64,000 nucleotides of DNA from Methanomassiliicoccaceae archaeon. Lineage in GTDB: Archaea > Thermoplasmatota > Thermoplasmata > Methanomassiliicoccales > Methanomassiliicoccaceae. Shown here piece after piece: positions 20,272 to 30,836 of the stretch. A program made the position numbers and the translations under genes. Each line of letters opens with the position of its first letter. The stretch's first letter is position 1. Location: positions 480,001-544,000 of the forward strand of contig JAXGZN010000002.1 in the NCBI GenBank assembly GCA_040776945.1. The letters run 5' to 3'. The notes beneath the pieces were generated by a model. The model was not told where the DNA came from and made no database searches. It saw only the letters and a program-made list of their open reading frames with translations.

Positions 20272-20912
20272 GGCCTGTAATCTATGTCGGCCCAAGCTTG
20301 GAGCATGAGGCCGCCATCGAGCTGCTCGACGCTGACTATCGGCCTCCGGTAAAGAGAGGGGACCTTGCCGCTTTGCCGGCCGATATCAGGACAGTTGGCA
20401 TAATCGACGGCGTGCTCCTGACCGATGCCGCCGTCGGCCACAGAGAGATACTAACGCTCCTGAGGAGAGGGGTCAAGGTACTGGGCGGCGGCAGCATGGG
20501 GGCCCTCAGGGCGGCCGAGCTCTCTGACATGGGGATGATCGGCGTAGGAAGGATATTCAAAGAATATTCTTCCGGCCGGATCAATGGCGATGACGAGGTC
20601 GTCCTGGCGTATGATCCTTTCAGTCTGAGGCCCCTGTCGGAACCGCTCATCAATCTCAGATTGAACATAGAGGCGGCCGCCGGTAGGGGCATTATCAGCG
20701 CGGAAGCCTCGTCAAGGCTCATAGATGCTCTAAAAAGGACGTATTATCCAAAAAGGACCTTTGAACGTCTCGATAAAATCGCGAGGGAATTATTGGAAAA
20801 AACCGAGTTCGAGGCATTTTCGTTTTTCTTGAAAAACGAGAGAATGGACCATAAGCGAAATGACGCGATTTTGCTAATAAAGGCCGTTAAGGATGAACCT
20901 CGTTTTTTTTGA
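20268..20912 (+). CDS. tfuA: TfuA McrA-glycine thioamidation protein (probable CTG start)
   Basis: VIYVGPSL, PPVKRGD, IIDG, HREI, SMGALRAAEL, DDEV motifs. Confidence 0.93.
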   Translation: MRPVIYVGPSLEHEAAIELLDADYRPPVKRGDLAALPADIRTVGIIDGVLLTDAAVGHREILTLLRRGVKVLGGGSMGALRAAELSDMGMIGVGRIFKEYSSGRINGDDEVVLAYDPFSLRPLSEPLINLRLNIEAAAGRGIISAEASSRLIDALKRTYYPKRTFERLDKIARELLEKTEFEAFSFFLKNERMDHKRNDAILLIKAVKDEPRFF

Positions 20913-20980
20913 AAAATTAACTCATGTTAAGAAAATTGCAGGAGGTCTGGCCGAACCTCAAAAATCACGATTGTTTACGT

Positions 20981-21014
20981 TGGTTGGATTATCCATCCAG
21001 CACCATGTTTATAT
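20981..21014 (+). promoter_or_regulatory. mcr promoter: TGGTTGG-N5-CCATCCA palindrome plus TATA (TTTATAT)
   Basis: Near-palindrome 20981-20999, TATA at 21008. Confidence 0.65.
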
Positions 21015-21157
21015 CTCTCTCTCTACTTACAGGGCAATGACAGGGGATTTGGTTTTCATCAGAAGGGAGGCACTCTCGGACGATGAAGGCCGTTCAACTT
21101 CTTACCCCGGCCGGGGGGACTCTGCCGGGCGAGGAAAAAATGATTGGAGGTAGAAAT

Positions 21158-22477
21158 TTGGCGAAATACAAGGACAAAATAGACTTGTATGACGACAGGG
21201 GTAAGCTTATTGAGAAGGATGTGCCCCTTGAAGCGATCAGCCCTCTGAACAACAACGCAATTAAGCGGATCGCATCCTTGGCCAAGAGGACCATCGCCGT
21301 GGACATGTCTGGACTTGAGAGGAGCCTCAAGACCGGGCGCGTCGGCGGCGGGTACATCAAGGGCAAGGAGATAGACGCTGCCGTTGTGGCCAATGCGGAT
21401 AAGTTGGCAAAGAGGGTCAAGGACATCCTGAAGGTCGACAAGGACGATGACACTGATGTCAAGGTCATCATGGACGGGAAGAGAATGATCGTCATGGTCC
21501 CGACCAACCGCGTCGACGCTGGTGTAGAGTACACCACTGGATTCACCGCAGCTGCCGCTGCGCTTACCCAGGCCGTCATCGATGAGTTCAACGTCGACAT
21601 GTTCCATGCGAACATGGTAAAGGGTGCTGTTTGGGGCAGATATCCCCAAAGCTTGAACTTCCTTGGATCCAACCTGAAGTCCATCCTGGAGGTTCCGCAG
21701 GTCAACGAGGGAGCCGGATATGCTCTCAGAAACATCATGGCAAACCATCTGGTCGCCTTGTCTGGTAAGAACTCGGTCAACGCTGCCGCGCTGTCCTCTA
21801 TCTTTGAGCAGACGGCGATGTTCGAGATGGGCGACGCCATCGGACCCTTCGAGAGGTACCACCTGCTGGGCCTGGCCTACCAAGGACTGAACGCGAACAA
21901 CATCGTCCTTGACCTGGTCAAGGAGAACGGCAAGACCGGAACCGTCGGTACCGTTGTCGAGTCCATCGTGGGCCGCGCCATTGAGGACAAGGTCATCAAG
22001 GTCAAGGAGAAGCTGCCCTCTGGATACAAGGTGTACACCACCAACGACTTCCCGCTGTGGAACGCCTACGCCGCCGCTGGTATGCTTGCGGCCAACATGG
22101 TGAACATCGGTGCTGCCAGGGCTTCCCAGGCCGTGCCTGCGACGACCCTGTACTACAACGACCTTATCGAGCACGAGACCGGCCTGCCTGGAGTCGACTT
22201 CGGCCGCGCCATGGGTGTCTGCGTCGGTATGTCCTTCTTCAGCCACTCTATCTACGGCGGTGGCGGACCTGGACTGTTCCACGGCAACCACGTCGTGACC
22301 AAGCACTCCAAGGGATTCGTCATCCCGTGCATCGCTGCGGCCTGTTCCCTGGATGCAGGGACTCAGTACTTCTCACCCGAGAGCACCTCTTCCCTTGTGA
22401 GGGATGTGTTCGGTGAAATACCTGAGTTCAAGGCTCCGTTGAAGGCGATTGGCAAGGAGGCCAAGAAACTGAAGTAA
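21158..22477 (+). CDS. mcrB: Methyl-coenzyme M reductase beta subunit
   Basis: [27 protein letters not shown]; TTG start with GGAGGT SD. Confidence 0.98.
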   Translation: MAKYKDKIDLYDDRGKLIEKDVPLEAISPLNNNAIKRIASLAKRTIAVDMSGLERSLKTGRVGGGYIKGKEIDAAVVANADKLAKRVKDILKVDKDDDTDVKVIMDGKRMIVMVPTNRVDAGVEYTTGFTAAAAALTQAVIDEFNVDMFHANMVKGAVWGRYPQSLNFLGSNLKSILEVPQVNEGAGYALRNIMANHLVALSGKNSVNAAALSSIFEQTAMFEMGDAIGPFERYHLLGLAYQGLNANNIVLDLVKENGKTGTVGTVVESIVGRAIEDKVIKVKEKLPSGYKVYTTNDFPLWNAYAAAGMLAANMVNIGAARASQAVPATTLYYNDLIEHETGLPGVDFGRAMGVCVGMSFFSHSIYGGGGPGLFHGNHVVTKHSKGFVIPCIAAACSLDAGTQYFSPESTSSLVRDVFGEIPEFKAPLKAIGKEAKKLK

Positions 22478-22497
22478 GAGGTGTGTGGTTAAGCTTG

Positions 22498-22920
22498 ATG
22501 ACAAGTACTAATGCCCCTGAGGCTGTCCCGCTGCCTGAGATCCTGATCTTTCCAAACAGGCTCCTCAAGGCCGAGACCACCGAGAAGCTCCTTAACAGGA
22601 TCTACGAGGTTCCCCATGTGAGGCAGGTCAACATCGCTGGCGAAGCTCTACCGGCGGTGCTGAGCTCCGGCCCCAACAAGGGACTGCCCAACGAACACCC
22701 TGAACGCAGGGTGATAACAGTGAAAGGCGAGCAGGTCGAACTTCGCCTGCTGGTAGGAAGAGTGTTCGTCGAGATCGATGACATCGACCATGTCCAGCGA
22801 GCGCTCGAGGAAATCGATGAGATATGCATCGAGATCCTCCCGTTCGGGTTCAACCTGGAAGTGGGCAGGTACTCGAAATACAAGCCGACCGTCACCGATT
22901 ACAAGAAATGCAAGAGGTAA
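22498..22920 (+). CDS. mcrD: MCR operon protein D
   Basis: [29 protein letters not shown]; lies between mcrB and mcrG. Confidence 0.95.
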   Translation: MTSTNAPEAVPLPEILIFPNRLLKAETTEKLLNRIYEVPHVRQVNIAGEALPAVLSSGPNKGLPNEHPERRVITVKGEQVELRLLVGRVFVEIDDIDHVQRALEEIDEICIEILPFGFNLEVGRYSKYKPTVTDYKKCKR

Positions 22921-22925
22921 TAATT

Positions 22926-23699
22926 ATGGCATACCAAGCTCAGTACTATCCTGGCAACAGCCAGATCGCCAAGAACAGGCGCCGGTACATGGACCCCTCC
23001 GAAAAGCTGAAGAAGCTCAGGGACGTGGCCATGGACGACGTCGTAAGGATTCTGGGCCACAGGGCTCCCGGAGAAGACTACAAGAGCATCCACCCCCCAC
23101 TGGAGGAGGGCAACGAGCCGGATGACTACGTCCGCAAGTTGGTCACCCCCATCGAGGGCGCCAAGAAGGGCGACAGGATCAGGTACGTTCAGTTTACCGA
23201 TTCGATCTACTTCGCCCCCATGGTCCCCTATCTGAGGGCCTGGATGTACATGACCAGGATGAGAGGCTTCGACACCGGAACCCTTTCTGGAAGACAGATC
23301 ATTGAGATGAGGGAGAGGGACCTTGAGAAGGCATCCAAGGAACTCATCGACAATGAGACCTTCGACCCTGCCAAGACCGGTATCAGGGGTGCGACCGTGC
23401 ACGGGCACGCTTGCAGGCTGGACGAGAACGGGCTGATGTTCGACGCCTGGCAGAGATACCGCTGGAACGCTAAGAAGGGCGAGGTCGAGTATGTTAAGGA
23501 CCAGGTCGCTCTTCCGCTGGACAAGCCCATCTCCGTGGGCAAGCCCCTGCCGGACGCTGAACTCAAAAAGATGACCACCATCTTCAGGGTAGATGGAGTT
23601 GACATGATTGACGACCCCGAGGTCATGGCCATGAACCTGAGGATACACAGGCTGAGGACCCTTTGCGGATTCCAGGCCTTCGCCCTTAAGGGGGAGTAA
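22926..23699 (+). CDS. mcrG: Methyl-coenzyme M reductase gamma subunit
   Basis: [40 protein letters not shown]. Confidence 0.98.
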   Translation: MAYQAQYYPGNSQIAKNRRRYMDPSEKLKKLRDVAMDDVVRILGHRAPGEDYKSIHPPLEEGNEPDDYVRKLVTPIEGAKKGDRIRYVQFTDSIYFAPMVPYLRAWMYMTRMRGFDTGTLSGRQIIEMRERDLEKASKELIDNETFDPAKTGIRGATVHGHACRLDENGLMFDAWQRYRWNAKKGEVEYVKDQVALPLDKPISVGKPLPDAELKKMTTIFRVDGVDMIDDPEVMAMNLRIHRLRTLCGFQAFALKGE

Positions 23700-23703
23700 A
23701 ACT

Positions 23704-25368
23704 ATGGCAAAAGAAAAGGACAAGTTGTTCCTGGATGCGATGAAGAAGAAGTTCAAGGAGGCCCCTACCGCGGTCAACACCAACTACTATACCTTTGGTG
23801 GCTGGAAGCAGTCCAAGAGGAAGAGGGAGTGGGTTGAGCAGGCCAACAAGATCGCCAAGGCGCGCGGCATACCGATGATGAACCAGGACATCGGTGTACC
23901 TCTGGGCCAGCGTGTGCTTATGCCTTATCAGCTTTCGCACACCGACATATACGCTGAGGCGGACGACCTGCACTTCATGAACAACGCTGCCATGCAGCAG
24001 TGCTGGGACGATATACGCAGGACCGTCATCTCCGGTATGGACACCGCGCACGCCGTCATCGAGAAGAGGCTGGGCAAGGAGGTCACTCCCGAGACCATCA
24101 ACTTCTATCTCGAGACCGTGAACCACGCGATGCCCGGCGGAGCCGTCGTGCAGGAGCACATGGCCGAGGTCAGCCCGGGTCTTACCGCGGACTGCTACGT
24201 GAAGGTCTTCTCCGGTGACGACGAGCTCCTCGACCAGATCGACAAGAGGTTCGTCATCGACATCAACAAGGAGTTCCCCAAGGACCAGGCGAAGCAGCTT
24301 AAGGAGGCCATCGGAAAGTCCCTTTGGCAGAAGGTCGCTTGCCCGACCCTCGTCGGCCGCGTTTGCGACGGCGGTACCATGTCCCGGTGGAGCGCCATGC
24401 AGATCTCGATGTCCTTCATCAGCGCCTACAGACTGGCCGCTGGTGAGGCCGCCATCGCTGACTTCGCGTTCGCCGCCAAGCACGCTTCCGTCGTAGAGAT
24501 GGGAACCATGATGCCCGCTAGGCGCGCAAGGGGCCCCAACGAGCCCGGTGGAATTCCCTTCGGGTTCCTGGCCGACATGTCCCAGTCTTTCCGTGTAAAG
24601 CCTGACGACCCCGCCAGGGCTGCTCTGGAGGTCGTTGCACTGGGCGCTGTCGTGAACGACCAGATCTATCTGGGCTCGTACATGTCCGGCGGAGTCGGCT
24701 TCACCCAGTACGCCACCGCGGCCTACACCGACGACATCCTGGAGGACTACACCTACTGGGCCGTCGACCACATCAAGTCCAAGTATGGCGGGCTGGTCAA
24801 GAGCAAGCCGTCCATGGACCTGATGGAGAAGCTCGGCACGGAGGTCAACACCTACGCTCTCGAGATGTATGAGAAGTACCCGGCCGCTATGGAGGCCCAC
24901 TTCGGTGGCTCCCAGCGTGCGACCGTCGCAGCCGCCGCCACTGGTATCGCTTGCGCGATGGCCACCGGCAACGCCGACTTCGGTGTCAACGGCTGGTACC
25001 TCTCCATGCTCCAGCACAAGGAAAGATGGGGACGCCTCGGGTTCTACGGGTTCGACCTGCAGGACCAGTGCGGTGCCGCCAACTCTCTGTCCTACAGGAG
25101 CGACGAGGGTCTGCCCTTCGAGCTAAGGGGTCCGAACTACCCGAACTACGCCATGAACGTCGGTCACCTGTCCGGCTATGGCGGCATCGCTTGCGCCGCT
25201 CACGTGGCCCGCGGCGACGCCTTCGCCTGCAGCCCGCTGATCAAGGTCGCGTTCGCCGACAAGAACCTGCCGTTCGACTTCGCCAACATCACGAAGGAGT
25301 TCGGCCGTGGCGCTCTCAGGGAGTTCATGCCCGCTGGCGAAAGGTCCCTGATCATCCCCGCCCAGTGA
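23704..25368 (+). CDS. mcrA: Methyl-coenzyme M reductase alpha subunit
   Basis: [61 protein letters not shown]. Confidence 0.99.
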   Translation: MAKEKDKLFLDAMKKKFKEAPTAVNTNYYTFGGWKQSKRKREWVEQANKIAKARGIPMMNQDIGVPLGQRVLMPYQLSHTDIYAEADDLHFMNNAAMQQCWDDIRRTVISGMDTAHAVIEKRLGKEVTPETINFYLETVNHAMPGGAVVQEHMAEVSPGLTADCYVKVFSGDDELLDQIDKRFVIDINKEFPKDQAKQLKEAIGKSLWQKVACPTLVGRVCDGGTMSRWSAMQISMSFISAYRLAAGEAAIADFAFAAKHASVVEMGTMMPARRARGPNEPGGIPFGFLADMSQSFRVKPDDPARAALEVVALGAVVNDQIYLGSYMSGGVGFTQYATAAYTDDILEDYTYWAVDHIKSKYGGLVKSKPSMDLMEKLGTEVNTYALEMYEKYPAAMEAHFGGSQRATVAAAATGIACAMATGNADFGVNGWYLSMLQHKERWGRLGFYGFDLQDQCGAANSLSYRSDEGLPFELRGPNYPNYAMNVGHLSGYGGIACAAHVARGDAFACSPLIKVAFADKNLPFDFANITKEFGRGALREFMPAGERSLIIPAQ

Positions 25369-25372
25369 TCTC

Positions 25373-25651
25373 ATGATCGTAGGTGACATCGTCAAGTACC
25401 GCAACACCGGAACTGTGGGCAAAGTAGAGGACATCATGGAGGAGGGAAAGGTGACCTGGGTTCTCCTGGACACCTCCAAGCTCTACTATGACTCCTCTAC
25501 CCTTGACCCAGCATCGGCCGATGAGTACGGCGGTGCCGCCGATCGAGAGAAGGACCAGAGGGAGCAGATCGAGGACATCGAACGGCTCCGCCAACAAATG
25601 GCGGAGATAGCCGAAGAGATGTCCAAGATATCTCCTTCCGGTGCGGGTTAG
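25373..25651 (+). CDS. DUF2098 family protein (MCR-associated)
   Basis: VGDIVKYRNTGTVGKV, C-terminal GAG; directly after mcrA. Confidence 0.8.
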   Translation: MIVGDIVKYRNTGTVGKVEDIMEEGKVTWVLLDTSKLYYDSSTLDPASADEYGGAADREKDQREQIEDIERLRQQMAEIAEEMSKISPSGAG

Positions 25652-26043
25652 GACCTTCGGTCAACGACCAAACCCCTTCCTTTCACCTTTTTATGTCCTT
25701 TGGATGGGCGCAGCCATCGACGCAAACGCCCTAGTAATAGGAAAAAATCGAAAATCTGCAAATCCAAGCGATCGGACCTATCTCCTATAGATCGGACCGC
25801 TCCTTGTTCAGGTAGTTAGATCGTTTCTTCCAAACCATCCTGGCTTGGTCACATGTTCCAGGCACCAGCCCGATCCTGAGCATAACCGCGGGTCAGAACC
25901 CTACGGGATCGTATATGCGGTCTAAGGGCGGCTAAAAAATATCGGGCAATCCAGGGCCATTTGGGATGCCCTCCTTCGTTCGAAAATCCTCCGTTCAGGA
26001 ACATATATTCGACCGAACGGCCTGGTGGGGACCTGCCTTTAGA

Positions 26044-26601
26044 TCAAAGGAGATCCTCATCGCAGTCGAACCCTATAAGGATGGAAGCGAGCTTAGGGTC
26101 GTCCTGATAGCCGTGCATCTCCCTTAGCATCATATCCGCTGGCGCGGATGGAGAGCAAGAGACGACGTTCTTGAACCCTAGGTTCTCGACCTCAGGGAAG
26201 GATACTGGTGGCATAATGAAGAACTCCCTGCTGCCTCCTTTCCGCTCAGGATAGACCACGAACTCCTCCGAGAGCCACATGATCTCCTCCTTTACTGTCT
26301 CTAGGAACTTTTTCTTGGACGACGGCAGGACCTCCTCCCCCAGAACGATCCCTGTGTTGGTAAGGAGCATGACCGTAGGCTCCGGCGGCGGCCGAAAGCT
26401 TGATTTCTTGATTATGCACACTACATATTTTCGGCTGAGACATTCCTCGACCCCTTTGTTGATGACCGGTATCCCCAGGACCGCCTTGATCTCCTTCTCG
26501 ATATCCCAGATCCTGCTCCTGCAACCGTTGTTCAGGACGAAGGCATAGACCGTGCCCCTCAATCCTTTAAGCAGTTCCAAGATCTCGTTCATATCCGCCA
26601 T
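26044..26601 (-). CDS. Uncharacterised protein, paralog of 30837..31406
   Basis: Coding-like ORF; shares several sequence blocks with 30837..31406. Confidence 0.8.
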   Translation of the reverse strand: MADMNEILELLKGLRGTVYAFVLNNGCRSRIWDIEKEIKAVLGIPVINKGVEECLSRKYVVCIIKKSSFRPPPEPTVMLLTNTGIVLGEEVLPSSKKKFLETVKEEIMWLSEEFVVYPERKGGSREFFIMPPVSFPEVENLGFKNVVSCSPSAPADMMLREMHGYQDDPKLASILIGFDCDEDLL

Positions 26602-26715
26602 GCTCAGCGAAATCAGGTGAGAATTGATAAACCTATGCCAGTTCCCATTTGCTCAGCCTCTAAGGTACAGATTTCCTGGACAAGTATTATTACTCGCTCT
26701 GTCGGTCATATCGGC

Positions 26716-27015
26716 ATGACCCTCGCGCTTATCGCCAAGCAGCAGCCGTCAGCGATCAACAAGCTGTTCGCCCTGAAGAACGAGATCTTTAAGGAAGGGG
26801 CCTTGTCCGTCAAGGACAAGGAACTGATCGCAATATCATTATCTCTCGTCATGAAGTGCGAAACCTGCTTGGAAACCCATGCCCAGGCCGCGAAGCAACT
26901 GGGGGCGACCATAGACGAGATCAGGGAGGCGATGCTGGTGGCTATGTATCTAGTAGGCCCCTCGGCGATGATCTGGACCCCGGTCATCGATGAGATCCTC
27001 GGAGGTAAGCTCTAG
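26716..27015 (+). CDS. Carboxymuconolactone decarboxylase/AhpD family protein
   Basis: GALSVKDKELIAI, CETCLETH, GATIDEI. Confidence 0.88.
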   Translation: MTLALIAKQQPSAINKLFALKNEIFKEGALSVKDKELIAISLSLVMKCETCLETHAQAAKQLGATIDEIREAMLVAMYLVGPSAMIWTPVIDEILGGKL

Positions 27016-27016
27016 C

Positions 27017-27358
27017 TCAGCATTCGAACTCGAACCGGACCGATCTCTTCAATCCAAGACCTGAGGCAGCCTCGGCCGACTTGATGATCGCCGAAGGGAT
27101 AGGGCATGCAGAATGGGCAAGCACCTTTCCGCAGGCCTCGTACACAGGATTGGCAGAGAACGGCATCCTCAAGGCATCGAAAGGGCTCATCTCTTCGGAC
27201 AGCTGTTCCTTGACCTTCTTGACATAGGGGCAATCGGTCTCGAAGTCGAACCGGATGCTGCCATCCTCGTACATCGCGATGATCTTGGTCTTGAACCTAC
27301 AGACCCCAGGGTCCACCGAGAGGCAGACCTTGTCGGGCTCTCCGTTCTCCACGGTCAT
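27017..27358 (-). CDS. DUF6951-like small Cys-containing protein
   Basis: VDPGVCRF, TDCP, HSACPIPSAIIK..E..GL. Confidence 0.7.
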   Translation of the reverse strand: MTVENGEPDKVCLSVDPGVCRFKTKIIAMYEDGSIRFDFETDCPYVKKVKEQLSEEMSPFDALRMPFSANPVYEACGKVLAHSACPIPSAIIKSAEAASGLGLKRSVRFEFEC

Positions 27359-27410
27359 ATAGGGACGGAGCAAAGCGTGGAAGATAACACTTTCTCAATA
27401 TCGTTCCGCT

Positions 27411-28385
27411 TCAGATGTTCTGCTCCTTTCGGGCACGTGCGACGACCTCGAACATGCCCCCCTTCGTGATATCGACTATGCCGAACACCGCCACCGCCTC
27501 GTTATTCCTGATGATGGGGACCACGACCACCGGGACCCCTCGATAAGGGCCGTAAGGAGAAATCTTCCTTACCGCCGCGCTCCGCTTGAGCGCTTCCTCA
27601 AGCACTGGCCCTGTGAAATCGGTATCGACGATCTCACCATCCTCGCATCGGACCCCGCGATGGTTCTTGCTCCGCATAGTGACCGGCAGACGGCCCACTA
27701 GCTCATGCACCGCTAGAGCAAGGCACCGGAGGTCCTGTGCTTCGGTGTCCGCGCTTATAAGGCTGTTAGGGGTACAATCCCTCCAGCAAGGCCGAGGAGA
27801 ATCTCCCAGCGCCAAGGCGGCGGTGACCGCTCCCTTTTCTGCTATATCGTAAGAACTTGCGGTGCCGATGATGACCACATCGTTCTCTTCCAGTGTGAAC
27901 GCCGACCTAATGGGCGCCAACAACGATTGGTCAGGGTCCGAATAGTCCCCTGGGAACAGAAGCTTACCGCCGTTGACCACCAAGGTCGTGGCTCCCATGG
28001 CGCCCACCCGAACGGCCTCGTCCCTCTGCTCGTAACCTGTCCCGATGCGGTCGGCCATGCCCTTAACGTGGACCGCACAGTCCTGATCGGAGATCGTGAG
28101 GCCATCGATCCTCACGGGGCTTACCATTATCCCTGAGCTTCTGAAGTTCTTGACCCCTCTTTCGGTGAGCACCGCGCCTAGATTCGTGTTCTCAACAGAG
28201 CCTTCGCGTATCATCTTGTCAAGTATTGTCCTGGTGCTGCCTTCTCCGATCCCTAAAAGATGGGAAAGGGTCTTTCGTCCGATAGGTCCTCTACTATTAA
28301 TGACAGAGTAGGTCTTCCAAACATGGAACAGTGTGAACTTGGGATTCGGCCCATCACCTGAGTAAGCTTGGAACTTCAAGACCAT
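27411..28385 (-). CDS. HTH (DUF4443-like)-DUF2111 fusion, putative transcriptional regulator
   Basis: GPIGRKTLS..LGIGEGSTRT HTH, QRDEAV..GA.GATT, C-terminal RLPVTMRS..GVRCEDG..GPVLEE..GPYRGVPV; alternative start 28403. Confidence 0.8.
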   Translation of the reverse strand: MVLKFQAYSGDGPNPKFTLFHVWKTYSVINSRGPIGRKTLSHLLGIGEGSTRTILDKMIREGSVENTNLGAVLTERGVKNFRSSGIMVSPVRIDGLTISDQDCAVHVKGMADRIGTGYEQRDEAVRVGAMGATTLVVNGGKLLFPGDYSDPDQSLLAPIRSAFTLEENDVVIIGTASSYDIAEKGAVTAALALGDSPRPCWRDCTPNSLISADTEAQDLRCLALAVHELVGRLPVTMRSKNHRGVRCEDGEIVDTDFTGPVLEEALKRSAAVRKISPYGPYRGVPVVVVPIIRNNEAVAVFGIVDITKGGMFEVVARARKEQNI

Positions 28386-28391
28386 GCTTGC

Positions 28392-28420
28392 TGGATGGAG
28401 CATCCATCCTAAATATGTTT
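28392..28420 (-). promoter_or_regulatory. GGATGG-N5-CCATCC palindrome directly downstream of a TATA-like element of the HTH-DUF2111 gene
   Basis: Minus strand reads AAACATATTTAGGATGGATGCTCCATCCAGCAAGCATG. Confidence 0.6.
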
Positions 28421-28609
28421 CTAGGTCGGGCAGAGAGCACTACCCAGATGAAATGAACGTCGAAATGTGGGATCGGCAGACCTGCGGCCTGCCAATCTAG
28501 GAAATGGGGCATAAGGGCGAAAACTAATAAAGGATAGTTACGCTAGACCGTAAACACCATCATCGGCCGAGGAAGGCTTTATAGTGTTAAGAGGGGTTGC
28601 TTGTTCAAT

Positions 28610-30235
28610 ATGGCGCCGGAATCAGGAGACTTCATACTCATCAAGAACGTCAGCAAGAAGTTTGGCGGCAACTATGCTCTCCGCGATGTGAGCGCGACAA
28701 TCGGTTCCGGTGAGATCCTAGGGCTCATCGGGAGGAGCGGAGCCGGAAAGTCGGTCCTCATTAACATGTTGAGGGGCTCTGCCGACTATCGGCCAGACGC
28801 TGGAAAGGTCATATACCGCTTCAATTCTTGCAAAGCATGCGGCTGGACGGAGCTGCCGTTCGATGGCATCAGATGCGGAAAGTGCGGTAGCGAGATGGAG
28901 ATAAAGGAAGTGGATTTTTGGGCCCTTGATGAAGAAGACCCATTGAGGGCTCAGATAAGAAGACGCATCGCCATCATGCTGCAGAGAACCTTCGCTCTGT
29001 TCGGGGAGATGACGGTCATCGAGAACATCTTCGAGGCTCTTGGAGAGTCGATGTCAGAAAGGGAAAGGATCGATCGGGCGCTGGAGCTTCTGAAAATGGT
29101 GAAGCTGGACCATCGCGTGACGCATATCGCCAGGGACCTTTCCGGAGGAGAGAAGCAGCGCTGCGTTTTGGCCCGCCAGCTCGCCAAGGACCCCATCCTG
29201 TTCCTCGCCGATGAGCCGACCGGTACGCTCGATCCCCAGACCGCGGAGATCGTTCACAACGTATTGGTCGATGCTGTTCATAACAAGGGTATGGCCATGG
29301 TGGTAACCTCCCACTGGCCCAAGGCCATCAACTCAATGGCGGACCGTGCGGTCTGGCTAGAATCGGGCGAGATGATGAAGATCGGGAGGCCAGAGGATGT
29401 CACCACTGAGTTCACCGTGGGCTTCGATCTGAGGACCGAGGACAAGGTGGAAATAGGCCAGCCCCTTATCAAGATCGACAACGCCCGGCGTTATTACTAT
29501 TCCTATACTCGCGGAGTGGTCAAAGCTGTCGATGACGTCAGCTTGGAGGTCGGTGAGAAGGAGATCGTCGGATTGGTTGGCCTTTCGGGGGCCGGTAAAA
29601 CGACGTTGTCCCGCATGATCGCCGGCATATGTGAGCCCTCTGGAGGCTCCATCACCGTAAGGGTCGGTGACGATTGGGTCGACATGGGGGAGCCAGGACC
29701 CGAGGGGAAGGGAAGAGCGACACAGTACATCGGACTTCTTCATCAAGAGTTCTCACTATATCCTTTTGACACCATTCTTCAGAACCTCACTGTCTGCATC
29801 GGCATGAACCTTCCCGCCGAGCTCGCGAAGATGAAGGTCATCCAAGTGTTGTTGGGGGTCGGGTTCACCCGGTTCGAGGTGGAACGGATCCTTTATGCAT
29901 ATCCGGACAACCTATCCGTAGGTGAGAAACAGAGGGTGGCGCTGGCCCAGGTGCTCATAAAGGAGCCCAGGTTGGTCATCTTGGACGAGCCGACCGGCAC
30001 CATGGATCCCATCACCAAGCTCGCAGTGGCGAAGTCGGTCCTTCATGCCCGCAAGGAGCTTGGGGAAACATTCCTTATAGTCTCCCACGATATGGACTTC
30101 GTCATCAATTGCTGCGACCGCGCTGTGCTCATGAAGGACGGCAAGGTCGTGGTGGCCGGCGATCCAAAAAAGATCGTCGAGCATCTCACACCTAGTGAGA
30201 CGGAGATCATGTTCGGGGGCGGTGCGGAAGAGTGA
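28610..30235 (+). CDS. atwA: MCR system component A2 (double ABC ATPase)
   Basis: GRSGAGKS and GLSGAGKT Walker A motifs, CxxC..CxxC insert, DEPTGT twice. Confidence 0.96.
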   Translation: MAPESGDFILIKNVSKKFGGNYALRDVSATIGSGEILGLIGRSGAGKSVLINMLRGSADYRPDAGKVIYRFNSCKACGWTELPFDGIRCGKCGSEMEIKEVDFWALDEEDPLRAQIRRRIAIMLQRTFALFGEMTVIENIFEALGESMSERERIDRALELLKMVKLDHRVTHIARDLSGGEKQRCVLARQLAKDPILFLADEPTGTLDPQTAEIVHNVLVDAVHNKGMAMVVTSHWPKAINSMADRAVWLESGEMMKIGRPEDVTTEFTVGFDLRTEDKVEIGQPLIKIDNARRYYYSYTRGVVKAVDDVSLEVGEKEIVGLVGLSGAGKTTLSRMIAGICEPSGGSITVRVGDDWVDMGEPGPEGKGRATQYIGLLHQEFSLYPFDTILQNLTVCIGMNLPAELAKMKVIQVLLGVGFTRFEVERILYAYPDNLSVGEKQRVALAQVLIKEPRLVILDEPTGTMDPITKLAVAKSVLHARKELGETFLIVSHDMDFVINCCDRAVLMKDGKVVVAGDPKKIVEHLTPSETEIMFGGGAEE

Positions 30236-30834
30236 AGAATAGGATCGGAAGGCATCTCAGCTTCGTTGAGTGCCGAGAGTCCAGGGGACTAGGCGTAGGC
30301 GGAGGGCTAGCGCAGAGGGCCACAATATCTGAGAGCGGACGGGACGTTGTGGCGGTGGCCATGGGTCCCGGCAAGAGACACATCACCAAACCGGTATGCG
30401 AGATCACATATGCCCTCCGTGAAGAGGGCATAGATACCAGTGTCATCGTGGTTAACGCCGGCTCAGGTGTTCCCAGCGACGCACCGGACGTGAGCACCGG
30501 CTCCATCTTCGGGCTAGACCAGATCGAGGTCGATCGGATCCAACAGTTCAAATTAGCATTGATCCACCTGGGTAACGTCAGGAACCACATCATCTACAAG
30601 GCCAGGCTCATCCTGAGGAACGTGGACCTGCCGGCGGTCATAGTGTGCCAGGCGCCAGTGGACTTCGAGGACTTTGCCCGCATAGGGGTCAAGACCAGGC
30701 TCGTCATGCCCAGGAAGGAGGACATCGGCACCAAAGGCTCCATAGTGGACATAGTGACCGGCGTGGTCAGAGGAACCACATCTCCGCAGCACAAGCTGGA
30801 CGAGATAGTGTCTAAGGTCCGCAGGAACCTCTGA
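30232..30834 (+). CDS. mcrC: MCR operon protein C
   Basis: [31 protein letters not shown]. Confidence 0.96.
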   Translation: MKNRIGRHLSFVECRESRGLGVGGGLAQRATISESGRDVVAVAMGPGKRHITKPVCEITYALREEGIDTSVIVVNAGSGVPSDAPDVSTGSIFGLDQIEVDRIQQFKLALIHLGNVRNHIIYKARLILRNVDLPAVIVCQAPVDFEDFARIGVKTRLVMPRKEDIGTKGSIVDIVTGVVRGTTSPQHKLDEIVSKVRRNL

Positions 30835-30836
30835 AC

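Noticed and set aside
19069-20912. YcaO-TfuA as RiPP enzymes for the IIPGIDPH peptide
   Set aside because: They are 23 kb away and adjacent to mcr; McrA thioamidation explains them
21059-25017. Long antisense ORFs over mcrB, mcrG and mcrA (also over mmp15 and mmp7)
   Set aside because: Shadow ORFs caused by strong codon bias in GC-rich genes; no recognisable motifs
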